DNA of 31,824 nt from Candidatus Brocadiales bacterium (GCA_030586765.1 JAUQZZ010000003.1:1-31824), one strand, 5' to 3'; numbered from the stretch's first letter, positions 10,429-18,862 are shown. Numbers and translations are program-made. The notes: generated by a model not told the origin, from the sequence alone.

Positions 10429-11421
10429 CTAGCAGGTGGGTACTGCAGATATAGAGGGGGTAGGCCTGGGTAATAAAGATGCCCTTTCCACAAGCTGAGG
10501 GACCACCTCTTCCCACTCTACGGCCATTATATGGATGCCCGCTACGCCCTCGATCTTCCTGAGTTTTTCTATTATCTCCAGGCAGATATCTATTCCTTCT
10601 GTCTTGGATTTCTTTTTTTCCATGCGGGCAATAATCTCATCAGGGACCTCTAGTCCTGGGACATTATTCTTCATATATCTTGCCATTCCCAGGGATTTGA
10701 GAGGTGTTACTCCTGCCAAGATAAAGGCCTTCTTGTGGAGGCCCATTGCCCTCACAGCGGTCATCCATTGGGCAAATCTCTCCACATTATAGACTATCTG
10801 GGTCTGGATAAACTCGGCTCCCGCTTCTATCTTTTTGGCGAGGCGCCGGGCCCTGAAGGCAAAGGGGTCGGCGAAGGGGTTTTCTGCGGCCCCAAGGAAG
10901 AACCTGGGTTCCACCTCTATCTTTGTCCCTGACTGGAGCCGTTTTTCATCCCGCATGGCCTTGACTACGGAGAGGAGCTGGATGGAGTCCAGGTCGAATA
11001 CAGGCTTAGCACCAGGGTGGTCACCAAACTTGGGGTGGTCGCCAGTGAGGCATAGGAGGTTTTTCATACCCAGGGCAGCGGCCCCGAGGAGGTCGCTCTG
11101 TAGGCCAATACGGTTGCGGTCCCGACAGGTCATCTGGATAACGGGTTCCAGGCCCATTTCCAGCAGTATAACCCCTGAAGCAATGCTGGACATCCGCACT
11201 ACAGAGGTTTGGCAGTCTGTGATATTAAAGGCATCAGCATAACCCCTCAAAATATTTGCCTTCCTCTCTACAGTCTCACGGGCGGCTCCCCTGGGAGGGC
11301 CCAACTCGGCGGTAACTACAAATTTGCCTTCCTTGAGGAGCCTCTCCAGATTACTGCCGCTCTTAAGACGGGAAGTCTCTTGTACCTCTGCGGAGGGTTT
11401 TGCTGTCTTTTCTTCGTCCAC
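10429..11421 (-). CDS. metF: Methylenetetrahydrofolate reductase (MetF-type)
   Basis: 330 aa, GTG start; VTAELGPPRG, NITDCQTSVVRMSS, QMTCRDRNRIGLQSDLLGAAALGMKNLLCLTGDHP, EAGAEFIQTQIVYNVERF. Confidence 0.95.
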   Translation of the reverse strand: MDEEKTAKPSAEVQETSRLKSGSNLERLLKEGKFVVTAELGPPRGAARETVERKANILRGYADAFNITDCQTSVVRMSSIASGVILLEMGLEPVIQMTCRDRNRIGLQSDLLGAAALGMKNLLCLTGDHPKFGDHPGAKPVFDLDSIQLLSVVKAMRDEKRLQSGTKIEVEPRFFLGAAENPFADPFAFRARRLAKKIEAGAEFIQTQIVYNVERFAQWMTAVRAMGLHKKAFILAGVTPLKSLGMARYMKNNVPGLEVPDEIIARMEKKKSKTEGIDICLEIIEKLRKIEGVAGIHIMAVEWEEVVPQLVERASLLPRPTPSISAVPTC

Positions 11422-11424
11422 GCG

Positions 11425-12111
11425 TTAAGATTCTTTTTTCTCTACCCTCAGGTGTTCCAGCACTAATCTGCCAGGGCGAACCGACCAGTCCTTGATAGGC
11501 ATTATTCTGTCCAGGGCCCCTAGGTTACCCCTTTGTTCCATGCGCTCGTATATCAGTTGCCACACGCAAGGCGTTTCCGGGGATACCTCGCAGTGGCCCC
11601 CCAGAGAGCCGCCGCACGGGCCGTTAAGCAGGCTCTTTGCACAGCGGCTAACGGGGCAGAGGCCACCTGTCTCTCCGATAATACAGTTACCACAGCCTAC
11701 GCAGCGTTCCCAATAAAGGCCTGGCTCAATCGTTGCCCCCATAAATACTGCATCTACTCCAGGAAACACCTCTAGCTCAGGGAATTTGTCTGCCAGGCAC
11801 TGTACCCCTACTCCACAAGCCAGGGATATAATTGCCTCACAATCCTTGAACCTTCCTTCTAGGGAATTTATAAACTCTGGCTCGCACTGCCTCAGTATGG
11901 TTTCCTCTTCTATCGTCAGGGGTTGCGAACCCCTTGTAAGGGCCTCCTTCTTTGCCCAGAGGCGCAGGAGGGCAGCCAGCTCTTGTACCTGCTTCTGACC
12001 TCCTACAGGGCGAACCGTCACACACCCACCACAGCCTACTATAGCTACCTTTTTTCGATTCCCTACGTATCGCTTTATATCCTCAAAGGATTTTGGCCTT
12101 GCTACAATCAT
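11425..12111 (-). CDS. metV: MetV: methylenetetrahydrofolate reductase C-terminal (Cys-rich, FeS/Zn-binding) domain protein
   Basis: 228 aa; KKVAIVGCGGCVTVRPVGGQKQVQELA, ISLACGVGVQCLAD, ERCVGCGNCIIGETGGLCPVSRCAKSLLNGPCGGSLGGHCEV. Confidence 0.93.
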   Translation of the reverse strand: MIVARPKSFEDIKRYVGNRKKVAIVGCGGCVTVRPVGGQKQVQELAALLRLWAKKEALTRGSQPLTIEEETILRQCEPEFINSLEGRFKDCEAIISLACGVGVQCLADKFPELEVFPGVDAVFMGATIEPGLYWERCVGCGNCIIGETGGLCPVSRCAKSLLNGPCGGSLGGHCEVSPETPCVWQLIYERMEQRGNLGALDRIMPIKDWSVRPGRLVLEHLRVEKKES

Positions 12112-12130
12112 GGTCTTTCCTACCTTTTAT

Positions 12131-14182
12131 TTAGTTATGTGAAGAAACAGCACCTAGTTTCTTGAGTTCTTCGAGCATTCCCCCAAGTTTCCGTAAGAAT
12201 TGCTCCCTTGGGCTTGGGGAAAACCACTGGAGTCTCTGCCTTTCCATGCCCAGGGCTGCAATGTGTACTACCAGGTGGTCAAACCTTTTCTTGGCCCAGG
12301 AGTGTCCTTTCTGGAAGGGGCAATCCCCTGGGGAACAGGCCGCTACCACAACTCCATCCACCCCCATCTCAAAGGCCTTAAGGATAAGCAGCGGGTCTAT
12401 CTTCCCTACGCAGGAGACTTCCACTGCCCTTACATTTTCTCCTGCCTCATCCAGTACCTGACTTAGACCGGCGCAGTGGGGGTCGTACTGGCAGAGAAAT
12501 GTGATTATTCTGGGCCTGCCATCTTTAAGAGAGAAGGTCTGGAGGGCCCTTTCCAGGGCAATTCTACCCTGGTCTTCATACCTATCCTTGAGGGTAATGG
12601 CCCTGGCGGGACACTCAACTACGCATATTCCACAAGACTGGCAGTCAGGGCCTATCTTGGCCACCCTTTCTTCTTGAGATATTTCGGGCACATCGTAAGG
12701 GCATACCCTCACGCAGGTGAGGCAGGCCGCACAGAGCTCTGGGTCTACTACTGCACCCGCCCCGCAGTTCAAGCACCTCCGTGCCTCTGCCACGGCTAGT
12801 TGGTCACTATAGCCAAGCTCTACCTCTCCGAAGTCTCTCAGCCTGCTTTCCACAGGGAGAGTGGACATCCTCTCCCTGGGGGTCCTCTTGATGAGACTAA
12901 GCCTTTGGGGAGATAAGTCTTTTAGAGGCGAAGGTCTTTGGGGCATCACTGGTTTTTCTCCCCGGAGGTAGCTGTGTATAGCACGGGCTGCCCTCTTACC
13001 ATGTGCTACGGCCTCGATAAGGGTCCCACCTACCAGGACAGCGTCACCCCCTGCAAAGACACCTGGTCTGCTTGTAGCCATGGTTTCTTCGTCTACGCCA
13101 ATAAGGTCTTTAGGGGTTATGCGAATCCCTGCCTTACTAAAGGTATCAAGTTCGGGTGACTGCCCGATGGCCACTAGGACCTTATCTACTTCCAGGGTAA
13201 ATTCCGAACCAGGGATGGGTATGGGCCTTCTCCTACCGCTAGAATCTGGGTCTCCCAGCCGCATCCTTATACATTTGAGGGTCTCCACCTTGTTTTTACC
13301 AAGGATTTCTACAGGGGCAGCTAAAAGGAAGAATTTTATACCCTCTTCCTCTGCCTCTCTACGGCCTTCTTCCTCGCAGGGCATCTCCTCAAGAGACCTT
13401 CGGTATACAAGGCTTGCCTCCCTGGCACCTATTCGTAGGGCAGTACGGGCGGCATCCAGGGCTGTGTCACCCCCACCGATTATGGCAACCTTGTGGCCTA
13501 TCTTTACTCCTCCGCCAATGCTTATCTTACGGAAGAGTTCCAAGGCGGGTATTACCCCAGGAAGGTCCTCTCCAGGGATATTGAGCCTCGAGGGCCTGTG
13601 GGCCCCTATAGCTACAAAGACGGCCTTAAAACCTTCTTGGAAGAGAGAGTCTATAGGAAGGTCTTTACCAATCTTTACCCCTGTTCTTAGTTCTACACCC
13701 AGGGATAAGGTTTCGTTAATATCCTTGTCCAGAGATTGTCTAGGCAGGCGATAGCGTGGCACCCCCACAGAGAGCATCCCTCCTGGTTCCAGGAGTTCCT
13801 CGAAGATGACGCACTGGTATCCCATTAGGGCGAGGTCATTAGCGGCAGATAGCCCTGCGGGGCCAGCCCCTATTATGGCTATCTTCTCAGGATATTCTTG
13901 TGGAGGTTTTTCCTGGGGTAGGTCAAGGTCTTTATCGGCCAGGAAGCGTTTCAGCCACGCTATGGCTATAGGCTCATCTACTGCCGAGCGCCTGCAGGCC
14001 TCCTCACAGCGACGGGTACAAATCCTCCCGCAGGAGGCCGGAAAGGGGTTTTTTGACCTGACCAGTTGGAAGGCCTCTTCGAACCTGCCCCTGGCAATAA
14101 GCTGTACATAGTCCCTGGCGTCCTGATTTATGGCACAGGCCGCAATACAGGGAGCTTCCTCTATTATATTGGGATTGTCCAA
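12131..14182 (-). CDS. Fusion protein: FAD/NAD(P)-binding GltD/NfnB-like oxidoreductase + 2x[4Fe-4S] ferredoxin + MvhD-like (FrhD) domain
   Basis: 683 aa, TTG start with RBS GAGGAG. N-terminal FeS domain (CIAACAINQDARDY...NPFPASCGRICTRRCEEAC). Dinucleotide sites IGAGPAGLSAA and IGGGDTALDAAR. Ferredoxin motifs CAACLTCVRVCP and CQSCGICVVECP. C-terminus ITFLCQYDPHCAG...SCVGKIDPLLILKAFEMGVDGVVVAACSPGDCPFQKG matches the MvhD pattern. Confidence 0.92.
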   Translation of the reverse strand: MDNPNIIEEAPCIAACAINQDARDYVQLIARGRFEEAFQLVRSKNPFPASCGRICTRRCEEACRRSAVDEPIAIAWLKRFLADKDLDLPQEKPPQEYPEKIAIIGAGPAGLSAANDLALMGYQCVIFEELLEPGGMLSVGVPRYRLPRQSLDKDINETLSLGVELRTGVKIGKDLPIDSLFQEGFKAVFVAIGAHRPSRLNIPGEDLPGVIPALELFRKISIGGGVKIGHKVAIIGGGDTALDAARTALRIGAREASLVYRRSLEEMPCEEEGRREAEEEGIKFFLLAAPVEILGKNKVETLKCIRMRLGDPDSSGRRRPIPIPGSEFTLEVDKVLVAIGQSPELDTFSKAGIRITPKDLIGVDEETMATSRPGVFAGGDAVLVGGTLIEAVAHGKRAARAIHSYLRGEKPVMPQRPSPLKDLSPQRLSLIKRTPRERMSTLPVESRLRDFGEVELGYSDQLAVAEARRCLNCGAGAVVDPELCAACLTCVRVCPYDVPEISQEERVAKIGPDCQSCGICVVECPARAITLKDRYEDQGRIALERALQTFSLKDGRPRIITFLCQYDPHCAGLSQVLDEAGENVRAVEVSCVGKIDPLLILKAFEMGVDGVVVAACSPGDCPFQKGHSWAKKRFDHLVVHIAALGMERQRLQWFSPSPREQFLRKLGGMLEELKKLGAVSSHN

Positions 14183-14238
14183 TCTTTCTCCTCGATATGC
14201 TGGGGAGGGTATATAAATAAAATATTAATAGATTCTAC

Positions 14239-14267
14239 CTTATATTTCCATATAAATTTGTTGGAAA
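14239..14267 (-). promoter_or_regulatory. Putative promoter of the oxidoreductase-metV-metF operon
   Basis: Minus strand TTTCCA (14262-14267) - N17 - TATAAG (14239-14244) in an AT-rich gap upstream of the TTG start at 14182. Confidence 0.45.
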
Positions 14268-14338
14268 TAGGGCCTTGAAGGGGAATGGACAGGCTCTAGA
14301 GGCAGGACCAGGCAGTTTTCCCAGAAAAAGAGGGGGGA

Positions 14339-14593
14339 CTAAGAAATACCAGTTAGACTAATGTAATAGGCAAATGCAGAGAGAACAAATATGCCACCAA
14401 CTGCAAAGAGTACCAGCGACCAGCGAAGATAAGGAATAAGAAATCTAAGGGCGCCAGTTATCTGAGCAGTATTGAGTTCCGCCCCAAGTGGTATATTCAG
14501 CTTTAAGACGGGATAAGCACCCACAAAACCAGCTATCAAGACCAATAGACCTCCCAAGAGACCCAAGACTTGTACCACGATTACCATGTTCAT
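14339..14593 (-). CDS. Small membrane protein, about 2 TM helices, unknown function
   Basis: 84 aa; MNMVIVVQVLGLLGGLLVLIAGFVGAYPVLKLNIPLGAELNTAQITGALRFLIPYLRWSLVLFAVGGIFVLSAFAYYISLTGIS; strong RBS AAAGGAGG at the start. Confidence 0.75.
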   Translation of the reverse strand: MNMVIVVQVLGLLGGLLVLIAGFVGAYPVLKLNIPLGAELNTAQITGALRFLIPYLRWSLVLFAVGGIFVLSAFAYYISLTGIS

Positions 14594-14741
14594 CCTCCTT
14601 TAAGAGAAAAGGTTTGAGGGAGACTATTAAAACGTTACGAGAAGCAAAAAGAACTTTCCTGAAGAGGGATGGGCAGTCCAATCTTTAGAAAAGCATGATT
14701 GAGAGGATTATCCCCAACCCCCAGGGGATTAATGAGGCATA

Positions 14742-14770
14742 ACTATATTGCGAGGACTCTGTATTGTCAA
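14742..14770 (-). promoter_or_regulatory. Putative sigma70-type promoter for the small membrane protein gene (and possibly genes downstream)
   Basis: Minus strand TTGACA (14765-14770) - N17 - TATAGT (14742-14747). Confidence 0.65.
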
Positions 14771-14854
14771 GGGAAAAGAATATTCTTTAGTGTAGCTTTT
14801 AGGTTGACCCACACGCATGAGATAATATTCCGTAGGGAATAATTGTAAAATGTT

Positions 14855-14883
14855 TTGACATGGGAGGTTAGCTTAATTAAAAT
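14855..14883 (+). promoter_or_regulatory. Putative sigma70-type promoter for nadB
   Basis: TTGACA (14855-14860) - N17 - TAAAAT (14878-14883), with the downstream ATG at 14922. Confidence 0.65.
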
Positions 14884-14921
14884 TGATTTTTGTAAGGTCG
14901 AGTCAATCCTGGGCTCAAAAG

Positions 14922-16538
14922 ATGGAAAGAATATCAGAGTTAAGAAGATACCTTGTAAGCCTTAATACGCGGCACCTTCCCCATATCGATACGGACGTGC
15001 TGGTTATCGGCAGTGGGGTGGCAGGGCTCTTGTCTGCAGTGGAGGCGGCCAGGGGTGGTCGGGTGCTAATAGTTTCTAAGGACAAGCTCGGGGAGAGCAA
15101 TACTATGCATGCCCAAGGGGGCATAGCAGCAGTGTTTGATACATCGGACAGCTTTGAGGAACATATAAAGGATACCCTAGAGGCAGGTCAGGGACTCTGC
15201 AATCCCAAAGTAGTAGAAGAGGTAATAAGAGAGGGACCAAGGAGGATTAGATGGCTTATGGAGCTGGGTACATCTTTTGACCACGAGGATGGGCATCTAG
15301 CCTTGACTAGGGAAGGTGGTCATAGTCACGCCAGGGTCATTCATGGCAAAGGCGACTCCACAGGAATGGTGGTGGAGGAGGCGTTGTTAGAGATAGTCAA
15401 GAGGAATTCCAGGATAAGCACCTTAGACCACTCCTTTGCCATAGACCTCCTGGCGGTGGAGGGGGCTTGTCGTGGTGCCCTTCTCTGGCACAGGCACAAA
15501 GGCAAGATAGTGGTATGGGCCAAGGAGACCATCCTGGCTACAGGTGGTTGTGGCCAACTCTATCGGGAGACCACCAATTCTCCTGTAGCTACTGGTGATG
15601 GCATAGCTATGGCCTACAGGGTGGGTGCGGTACTTGAGGATTTGGAGTTTGTGCAGTTTCATCCCACTACCCTTTATATTGCAGGGGCAGCCAGGGCCCT
15701 GATATCAGAGGCTGTTCGTGGAGAGGGGGGCATCTTGAGGAACAAAAAGGGGGAGCGCTTTATGCAAAGGTATCACCCCATGGCAGAACTCGCCCCAAGG
15801 GACATAGTCAGCCGAAGTGTACTCCACGAGATGCGGTCCACAGACTATACCCATGTGTACCTAGACGTGAGGCATATACCTAGAGAGAGGCTAATAGTAC
15901 GTTTTCCAAAGATATGGTCCATATGTGCCTCCTTTCACATAGATATATCCAGGGAGATGATACCTGTTAGGCCTAGTGCCCATTACATGATTGGAGGAAT
16001 AAAGGTAGGTGGCAGGGCCCATACTAATATCAGGCATCTTTATGCCTGTGGCGAGGCGGCCTCTACAGGACTTCACGGCGCCAACCGCCTTGGTAGTAAT
16101 TCCCTACTAGAGTGCCTTGTTTATGGCCATAGGGCTGGCAGGGAGGCTGCCGCTGGACTAAAGAAGACTAAAAGCAGGGCCCATGCTTATCCCATGGAGA
16201 TAGAGCTTGAGGTGGAAAAACTTAAAGGATTAGACCTGGAAGACATAAGGGAGTCCCTCAAAAGCCTTATGTGGAGGGATGTAGGAGTGGAAAGGGATAG
16301 AGAACACCTCAAGGATGCGGGAGAAAAGTTGGCTCAGTGGTCAGAATACGTTCTAAGCAAGGAATTTCACTCACCCCAGGGTTGGGAGCTACAGAATATG
16401 CTTACCCTAGCTAAGCTTATTACATTATCTGCCTTAGAGAGGGAGGAAACCAGGGGGGTTCACTACCGCAGCGATTTTACCAGCCGGGATGATACCCATT
16501 GGAAGAGGCATATCACCCTTCAGAATGCAAGGCCTTAG
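14922..16538 (+). CDS. nadB: L-aspartate oxidase
   Basis: DTDVLVIGSGVAGLLSAVEAA, ESNTMHAQGGIAA, QFHPTTLYI, LISEAVRGEGG, HPMAELAPRDIVSRSVLHEM, AHYMIGGIKV, GANRLGSNSLLECLVYGHRAG. The ORF track starts at TTG 14883, but ATG 14922 is preferred because the -10 box overlaps 14883. Confidence 0.9.
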   Translation: MERISELRRYLVSLNTRHLPHIDTDVLVIGSGVAGLLSAVEAARGGRVLIVSKDKLGESNTMHAQGGIAAVFDTSDSFEEHIKDTLEAGQGLCNPKVVEEVIREGPRRIRWLMELGTSFDHEDGHLALTREGGHSHARVIHGKGDSTGMVVEEALLEIVKRNSRISTLDHSFAIDLLAVEGACRGALLWHRHKGKIVVWAKETILATGGCGQLYRETTNSPVATGDGIAMAYRVGAVLEDLEFVQFHPTTLYIAGAARALISEAVRGEGGILRNKKGERFMQRYHPMAELAPRDIVSRSVLHEMRSTDYTHVYLDVRHIPRERLIVRFPKIWSICASFHIDISREMIPVRPSAHYMIGGIKVGGRAHTNIRHLYACGEAASTGLHGANRLGSNSLLECLVYGHRAGREAAAGLKKTKSRAHAYPMEIELEVEKLKGLDLEDIRESLKSLMWRDVGVERDREHLKDAGEKLAQWSEYVLSKEFHSPQGWELQNMLTLAKLITLSALEREETRGVHYRSDFTSRDDTHWKRHITLQNARP

Positions 16539-16542
16539 ATTA

Positions 16543-17790
16543 TCATCCCTTATATCTACCTATTATAAGGGTGACGTTATGTCCACCGAAGCCAAAGGAG
16601 TTGGACATGGCAATATCCACTTTTACCTCCCTGGCCTTATTGGGGACAAAGTCTAGTCCACAGCAGGCAGGGTCTGGATTTTCGTAGTTTATGGTGGGGG
16701 GAATGACGTTTTCCTGGATGGCCAGGGCGCAGATGGCCAGTTCCACCCCTCCTGCGGCTCCCAGGAGATGTCCCATCATGGATTTTGTGGAGCTTATTGG
16801 TATCTTTTGGGCATAGGGACCAAAGACGGTGCTAATGGCTTTTGCCTCTATTTCGTCCCCCAAAGGGGTAGAAGTGGCATGGGCATTGATATAAGAGACA
16901 TTCTCTGGTGGGCACTGGGCATCGTGAAGGGCAGCACTCATGGAGGCAGCTGCCCCCTTTCCACTAGGTTCAGGGGCGGCCATGTGACAGCCATCGGCAC
17001 CCAGGCCGTAGCCTAACATTTCTGCGTATATGAAAGCATCCCTCTTCCTGGCGTGTTCCAGCTCCTCGAGGACTATCACCCCGGCCCCTTCGGCCAGGAC
17101 AAAACCATCCCTATCCCTGTCAAAGGGTCTTGAGGCCTTCTCCGGGTGGCTGTTTCTTGTGGAGAGGGCCTTCATGGAGCGGAAGGCCGCAACACCCAGG
17201 GGTGTTATAACAGCCTCACTTCCTCCCGCAATAACCACGTCTGCCTCCCCTCTCTGTATGAGCCTGAAGGCCTCTCCCAGGGCGTGGGCAGCGGTAGCGC
17301 AGGCGCTTACAACTCCTAGGTTAGGTCCATGCAGGCCGTAGTAAATGGCCACCTGGGCAGAGGCGGCATTAATCATCAGCTTTGTGATCATGAAGGGGGA
17401 GATTTTTGAGGGGCCACGTTCAAGGAGTATCCTGTGTTGGGCCTCTAGCTCCTGGAGGCCACCCATCCCTGAGCCAATGATGACTCCCACCTTGGTAGGG
17501 TCTTCCCTAGCCATGTCAAGGCTAGAGTCCTCCACTGCGATCCTGGAGGCAACAGAGGCAAACTGTGCAAAAGGGTCTAATCTGCGGGTCTGTTTTTGGT
17601 CGAACCAGAGGCTGGTATCAAAGCCTTGTATCTCGCCAGCAAAATGCACATCGTACTTGCTGGTGTCAAAGCCTGTAATCTTCTTTATACCGCTTTTTCC
17701 CTCACAGAGGGCAGACCAAAGGGTTTTCTTGTCGTGACCTAAGGGGGTAACAGTACCTAGACCAGTTATTACTACCCTTTGCCCCCGCAT
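16543..17790 (-). CDS. fabF: Beta-ketoacyl-ACP synthase II
   Basis: 415 aa; [27 protein letters not shown] (Cys), [11 protein letters not shown] (His), [13 protein letters not shown] (His). Confidence 0.97.
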   Translation of the reverse strand: MRGQRVVITGLGTVTPLGHDKKTLWSALCEGKSGIKKITGFDTSKYDVHFAGEIQGFDTSLWFDQKQTRRLDPFAQFASVASRIAVEDSSLDMAREDPTKVGVIIGSGMGGLQELEAQHRILLERGPSKISPFMITKLMINAASAQVAIYYGLHGPNLGVVSACATAAHALGEAFRLIQRGEADVVIAGGSEAVITPLGVAAFRSMKALSTRNSHPEKASRPFDRDRDGFVLAEGAGVIVLEELEHARKRDAFIYAEMLGYGLGADGCHMAAPEPSGKGAAASMSAALHDAQCPPENVSYINAHATSTPLGDEIEAKAISTVFGPYAQKIPISSTKSMMGHLLGAAGGVELAICALAIQENVIPPTINYENPDPACCGLDFVPNKAREVKVDIAMSNSFGFGGHNVTLIIGRYKG

Positions 17791-18026
17791 TTAGCTAAGC
17801 GCTCCTCAATGTAGCTGACAGCATTCCCCACGGTCTGTATCTTCTCTGCATCCTCATCGGGAATATTCATGTCGAAGGCATCCTCGAACTCCATGACCAG
17901 TTCTACTGTGTCTAGGGAGTCGGCCCCCAGGTCGTTGATGAAGGATGTCTGGGGGGTAATCTGCGAGGCACTTACCCCCATCTGCTTGCTCACCAGCTCA
18001 ACAACTCTTTCTTGAACGGACGGCAC
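17772..18026 (-). CDS. acpP: Acyl carrier protein
   Basis: 84 aa, GTG start preceded by AAGGAGG; phosphopantetheine site [19 protein letters not shown]. Confidence 0.97.
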   Translation of the reverse strand: MPSVQERVVELVSKQMGVSASQITPQTSFINDLGADSLDTVELVMEFEDAFDMNIPDEDAEKIQTVGNAVSYIEERLAKCGGKG

Positions 18027-18118
18027 GCCAGGTTCCTCCTTAAAACAAAATCCTCTATAAGGGAAAGTAGTCTATAAAGGACACTAATATAATAGAAGCA
18101 AGGTTACATGTCAAGGTG

Positions 18119-18862
18119 CTACATCGCCAGTCCCCCATCAACATGGAGGACATGTCCCGTGATGTAGTCAGAATCGGGACTAGCTAGAAAGAGTACAGCC
18201 CTAGCCACCTCTTGGGGCAAGCCAAATCTTCCTAAGGGTATCTGTGGTAGGAGCGTCTCTTTTGTCTCTTCCTTTAGTTTACTAGTCATATCTGTGGTGA
18301 TAAAACCTGGGGCAATAGCATTGACCTGGATGCCCCGGGGGGCGAGTTCCTTAGCCACAGATTTTGTCAGCCCTATGATACCCGCTTTAGAGGCTGCGTA
18401 GTTTGACTGCCCTTTATTGCCAACCACCCCGGCAACGGAGGCAATATTTATTATCTTTCCTGACCTTTGTTTAATCATGTACCTGGAAACTATCTTAATG
18501 CCGAAGAAGGCCCCTTTCAAGTTTGTGTCCATGACCTGGTCCCATTCTTCCTCGGTCATCCTTATTATCAGATTATCTCTTGTAATGCCAGCGTTGTTAA
18601 CGAGGATGTCTATACGTCCAAGTCTTCCATAGATGTCCTCCACGACGGCTTCCAGTTCTTGAAACTTAGAGACATCAACTTTATAGGCCAGGGCCTCCCC
18701 CCCTTTTTTTCTGGCCTCTTCTGCCGTTTGTTTCACCAGTTCTTCATTACGGGCGAGACAAGCCGTCTTTGCTCCGGCCTCTGCCAGGGCCAGAGCGGTG
18801 TCTTTTCCTATCCCCCTAGAGGCACCTGTTACAATGGCTACTTTACTATCTAATAGAGGCAT
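18119..18862 (-). CDS. fabG: 3-oxoacyl-ACP reductase
   Basis: 247 aa SDR; VTGASRGIGKDTALALA, NNAGITRDNLIIRM, YAASKAGIIGLTKSVAKELA, located within the fab operon. Confidence 0.96.
   Translation of the reverse strand: MPLLDSKVAIVTGASRGIGKDTALALAEAGAKTACLARNEELVKQTAEEARKKGGEALAYKVDVSKFQELEAVVEDIYGRLGRIDILVNNAGITRDNLIIRMTEEEWDQVMDTNLKGAFFGIKIVSRYMIKQRSGKIINIASVAGVVGNKGQSNYAASKAGIIGLTKSVAKELAPRGIQVNAIAPGFITTDMTSKLKEETKETLLPQIPLGRFGLPQEVARAVLFLASPDSDYITGHVLHVDGGLAM

Noticed and set aside
13080-13754. 224-aa plus-strand ORF inside the flavoprotein fusion
   Set aside because: Antisense shadow ORF; Ser/Pro/Leu-rich low-information translation opposite conserved dinucleotide-binding motifs.
14761-14840. 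Extra TTGACC...TAATAT boxes upstream of nadB
   Set aside because: Spacing between TTGACC and the nearest -10-like hexamer is far too short; the TTGACA-N17-TAAAAT pair downstream is better.
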